In this document: in pieces, positions 62,296 through 64,000 of the stretch | Layout: the number at the start of each line of letters is the position of its first letter | Numbering within the stretch: position 1 is the stretch's first letter | Assembly: GCA_965250035.1 (NCBI GenBank) | Contig: OZ252282.1 | Span: 2,998,536 to 3,062,535 of the forward strand | From: Enterobacterales bacterium | GTDB taxonomy: Bacteria > Pseudomonadota > Gammaproteobacteria > Enterobacterales > GCA-2746155 | Reading direction: 5' to 3' | Length of the DNA: 64,000 nucleotides | Translations under genes and position numbers: made by a program | Notes under the pieces: model-generated | What the model saw: only the letters and a program-made list of their open reading frames with translations | Databases searched by the model: none | Told to the model about the DNA's origin: nothing

Positions 62296-64000
62296 ATGAT
62301 AATACGAATACGATTTAGACCCTTGCCAATGATCCTGCTGCTGGTGGGTTTGTTCCTGTTGCCGACTATAATTCAGGCGAGTCCAATCAAGCGGCTCAGT
62401 GAACTGACGAGCGGTAGCATGGTGGTTGAGCATGAACAGGGTGCTAACACCTTGCCACTGCTCGATACGCAGGTCAGGATGACCATCACCGGTATGAATG
62501 TTAAGACCGAGGTGAAGCAGTTTTTCGAAAATCCATCGCCCGATTATGTCAACGCCACCTACTATTTCCCACTTCCCGAGGATGCTGCAGTCAGTCGTTT
62601 GGAGATGCTGATTGGCGATCGCTTGATTGTGGGCAAAATCAAGGAGAAGCAAGAGGCTAAACGTATCTATAATGAGGCCGTGAAGGCGGGTAAGAAGGCG
62701 GCGTTGCTGGAGCAGGACAGGGCGAACCTGTTTCGTAATAAGGTGGCCAATATTGCGCCTGGGGAAACGATCGAAATAACACTGACCATGCATCATAAGG
62801 TACGTTATTCCCAGGGGACATTCTCGTTACGTTTCCCGACGACCATCACGCCACGCTATGAGGGGCGGCAGACTCTCACCGAACAATTCAAGCCTGACGA
62901 AGGCGCTTGGAGTCAGCAAGCGCACACCTCGACAGAGGCAGGGCCTGTTGTGGTTCACAGCACTAGCCGCAAGGACCAACAACTATCGATCGATGTGTCG
63001 CTCGACGCAGGCGTTGAGTTGGCCGCAATCCGATCGAACAGCCATTCGATCTCATCCCACAAGCGTAAACATAATCAATACGAGATCGGCTTGCAGAAAT
63101 ACCATGTGACCGATCGTGATTTCGAATTGAGCTGGACACCCAGGTCGGATAAGCAACCGCGCCTACTCAGTTTTACCCAGGCACATGAGAGCGATCCCGG
63201 TTATCTGTATACCCAGGTCGTCGTCCTGCCGCCGACTGATCAGGCGATTCGTAACCAGGCGATCGCGCGAGATGTGACCTTCATAATCGATCATTCCGGA
63301 TCGATGCAGGGCCAGTCGATGAGTCAGGCCAAGCTGGCATTGACACAGGCGATTAGTGACTTGTCTGCACAGGATCGTTTTAACGTCATTGGCTATAACC
63401 ACGAGGCGCATTCTCTGTTTCATGGCGCGGTTCCGGTCGATCAACAGTCGAAGCACTGGGCGTTGGATTACCTGCAGAAGATGGAAGCGAATGGGGGCAC
63501 GGAAATGGTCAAGGCCCTGACTCTGGCCCTGAATGAACCCACCTACCCCGACAGGGTGCGACAGATTATCTTTCTGACGGATGGTGCCGTGAGTTATGAG
63601 GACAAGCTGTTTGAAATGATCCACAGCCGATTAGGCGATGCCCGATTGTTCACCATCGGGATTGGCTCGGCGCCGAATAGTTACTTTATGCGCAAGGCCG
63701 CTGAATTTGGTCAGGGTACCTACACCTATATCAGCAATAGTGGTGATATCGCGACGAAGATGACTCAATTACTGGAGCAATTGCGCTATCCCGTCATGCA
63801 GGATGTGCAGATTGAATTTTCCGAGCCCGTTGAGCATTATCCATTGCAGGTTCCGGACCTGTATCTGGGAGAACCAATCCATTTAATCATTCGGCGTCCG
63901 GCTACCGATATCGAAATGCGGATTAGTGGTAAACGCGACACACTGGACTGGCGAGCTAACCTGACACTGGCGACGGATTTATCCAACAACGCGAGTGGCA
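62296..64000 (+). CDS. VIT + von Willebrand factor A domain protein (marine proteobacterial sortase-target type). The ORF is partial and continues beyond the window.
   Basis: My own translation from the ATG at 62296 stays open to 64000. It begins MIIRIRFRPLPMILLLVGLFLLPTIIQA (signal peptide). A VIT-like region (YYFPLPEDAAVSRLEM) follows. The VWA MIDAS motif is IIDHSGSM, followed by FLTDGAV and FTIGIGSAPN. The ORF is absent from the track because it has no stop codon in the window. Confidence 0.85.
   Translation, partial: MIIRIRFRPLPMILLLVGLFLLPTIIQASPIKRLSELTSGSMVVEHEQGANTLPLLDTQVRMTITGMNVKTEVKQFFENPSPDYVNATYYFPLPEDAAVSRLEMLIGDRLIVGKIKEKQEAKRIYNEAVKAGKKAALLEQDRANLFRNKVANIAPGETIEITLTMHHKVRYSQGTFSLRFPTTITPRYEGRQTLTEQFKPDEGAWSQQAHTSTEAGPVVVHSTSRKDQQLSIDVSLDAGVELAAIRSNSHSISSHKRKHNQYEIGLQKYHVTDRDFELSWTPRSDKQPRLLSFTQAHESDPGYLYTQVVVLPPTDQAIRNQAIARDVTFIIDHSGSMQGQSMSQAKLALTQAISDLSAQDRFNVIGYNHEAHSLFHGAVPVDQQSKHWALDYLQKMEANGGTEMVKALTLALNEPTYPDRVRQIIFLTDGAVSYEDKLFEMIHSRLGDARLFTIGIGSAPNSYFMRKAAEFGQGTYTYISNSGDIATKMTQLLEQLRYPVMQDVQIEFSEPVEHYPLQVPDLYLGEPIHLIIRRPATDIEMRISGKRDTLDWRANLTLATDLSNNASG

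Noticed and set aside
62236-63624. Minus-strand ORFs 62236..62796 (186 aa) and 63163..63624 (153 aa)
   Set aside because: They are antisense to the much longer VIT-VWA ORF, which has clear domain motifs. Their sequences are rich in Q, H, L and R and match no family I recognise.
1-64000. Search for an integrase, transposase, IS ends, tRNA or rRNA genes, or a toxin-antitoxin pair
   Set aside because: By eye I found no tyrosine-recombinase or DDE-transposase-like ORF, no cloverleaf-type tRNA sequence, and no recognisable TA pair. Visual scanning can miss tRNAs and small RNAs, so tRNAscan-SE and Rfam should be run.

Overview
The window is a chromosomal segment from a gammaproteobacterium. The VIT-VWA sortase-target ORF and the gene content suggest a marine organism. 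All GC statements below are visual impressions; I did not compute GC.

(1) Positions 1 to ~11,150 are an AT-rich array of roughly 20 short gene cassettes, all on the + strand. The cassettes are separated by attC-like imperfect palindromes of the form TAAC...GTTAxGT. I read this as the cassette array of a chromosomal integron whose intI/attI lies upstream of the window. The cassettes include a FosA-family fosfomycin-resistance homolog, two VOC/glyoxalase proteins, a LysE exporter, a P-loop kinase and an RraB-fold protein with a signal peptide. Most of the remaining cassettes encode secreted or membrane proteins of unknown function.

(2) Positions 11.2-29.6 kb are a GC-richer block in which 23 of 24 genes are on the + strand. 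The genes are small-molecule-modifying or detoxification types: 5 GNATs (one fused to a GFA-like Cys domain), an ArsN2-like protein, GST, SDR, methyltransferase, cupin, MAPEG, cyclase, a di-heme cytochrome c-rhodanese fusion next to chrA, a racemase, a DNA alkylation repair protein and an e(P4) phosphatase.

(3) Positions 29.7-48 kb hold conserved core synteny: spoT-rpoZ-gmk-yicC, then rph-pyrE, then slmA-algC-coaBC, then radC, rpmB-rpmG and mutM. Within this block dut is absent from its usual slot. AlgC carries a ~400 aa membrane N-terminal extension. A ~2.4 kb low-GC three-gene insertion (ArsR, TM+SRPBCC-like protein, desaturase) splits radC from rpmB.

(4) Positions 48-64 kb contain a lone exbD, a tandem Usp, hemH and a PAS-GGDEF-EAL protein. 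They also contain a TPP-riboswitch-controlled operon: TonB-dependent receptor, small thiamine-binding-like protein, PnuC-type transporter, kinase, periplasmic amidohydrolase. After that come an acyl-CoA synthetase and a HEAT-cyclophilin fusion. The window ends in the 5' part of a long VIT-VWA ORF that runs off the window and is missing from the ORF track.

I found no rRNA, tRNA, CRISPR array, transposase or integrase in the window.
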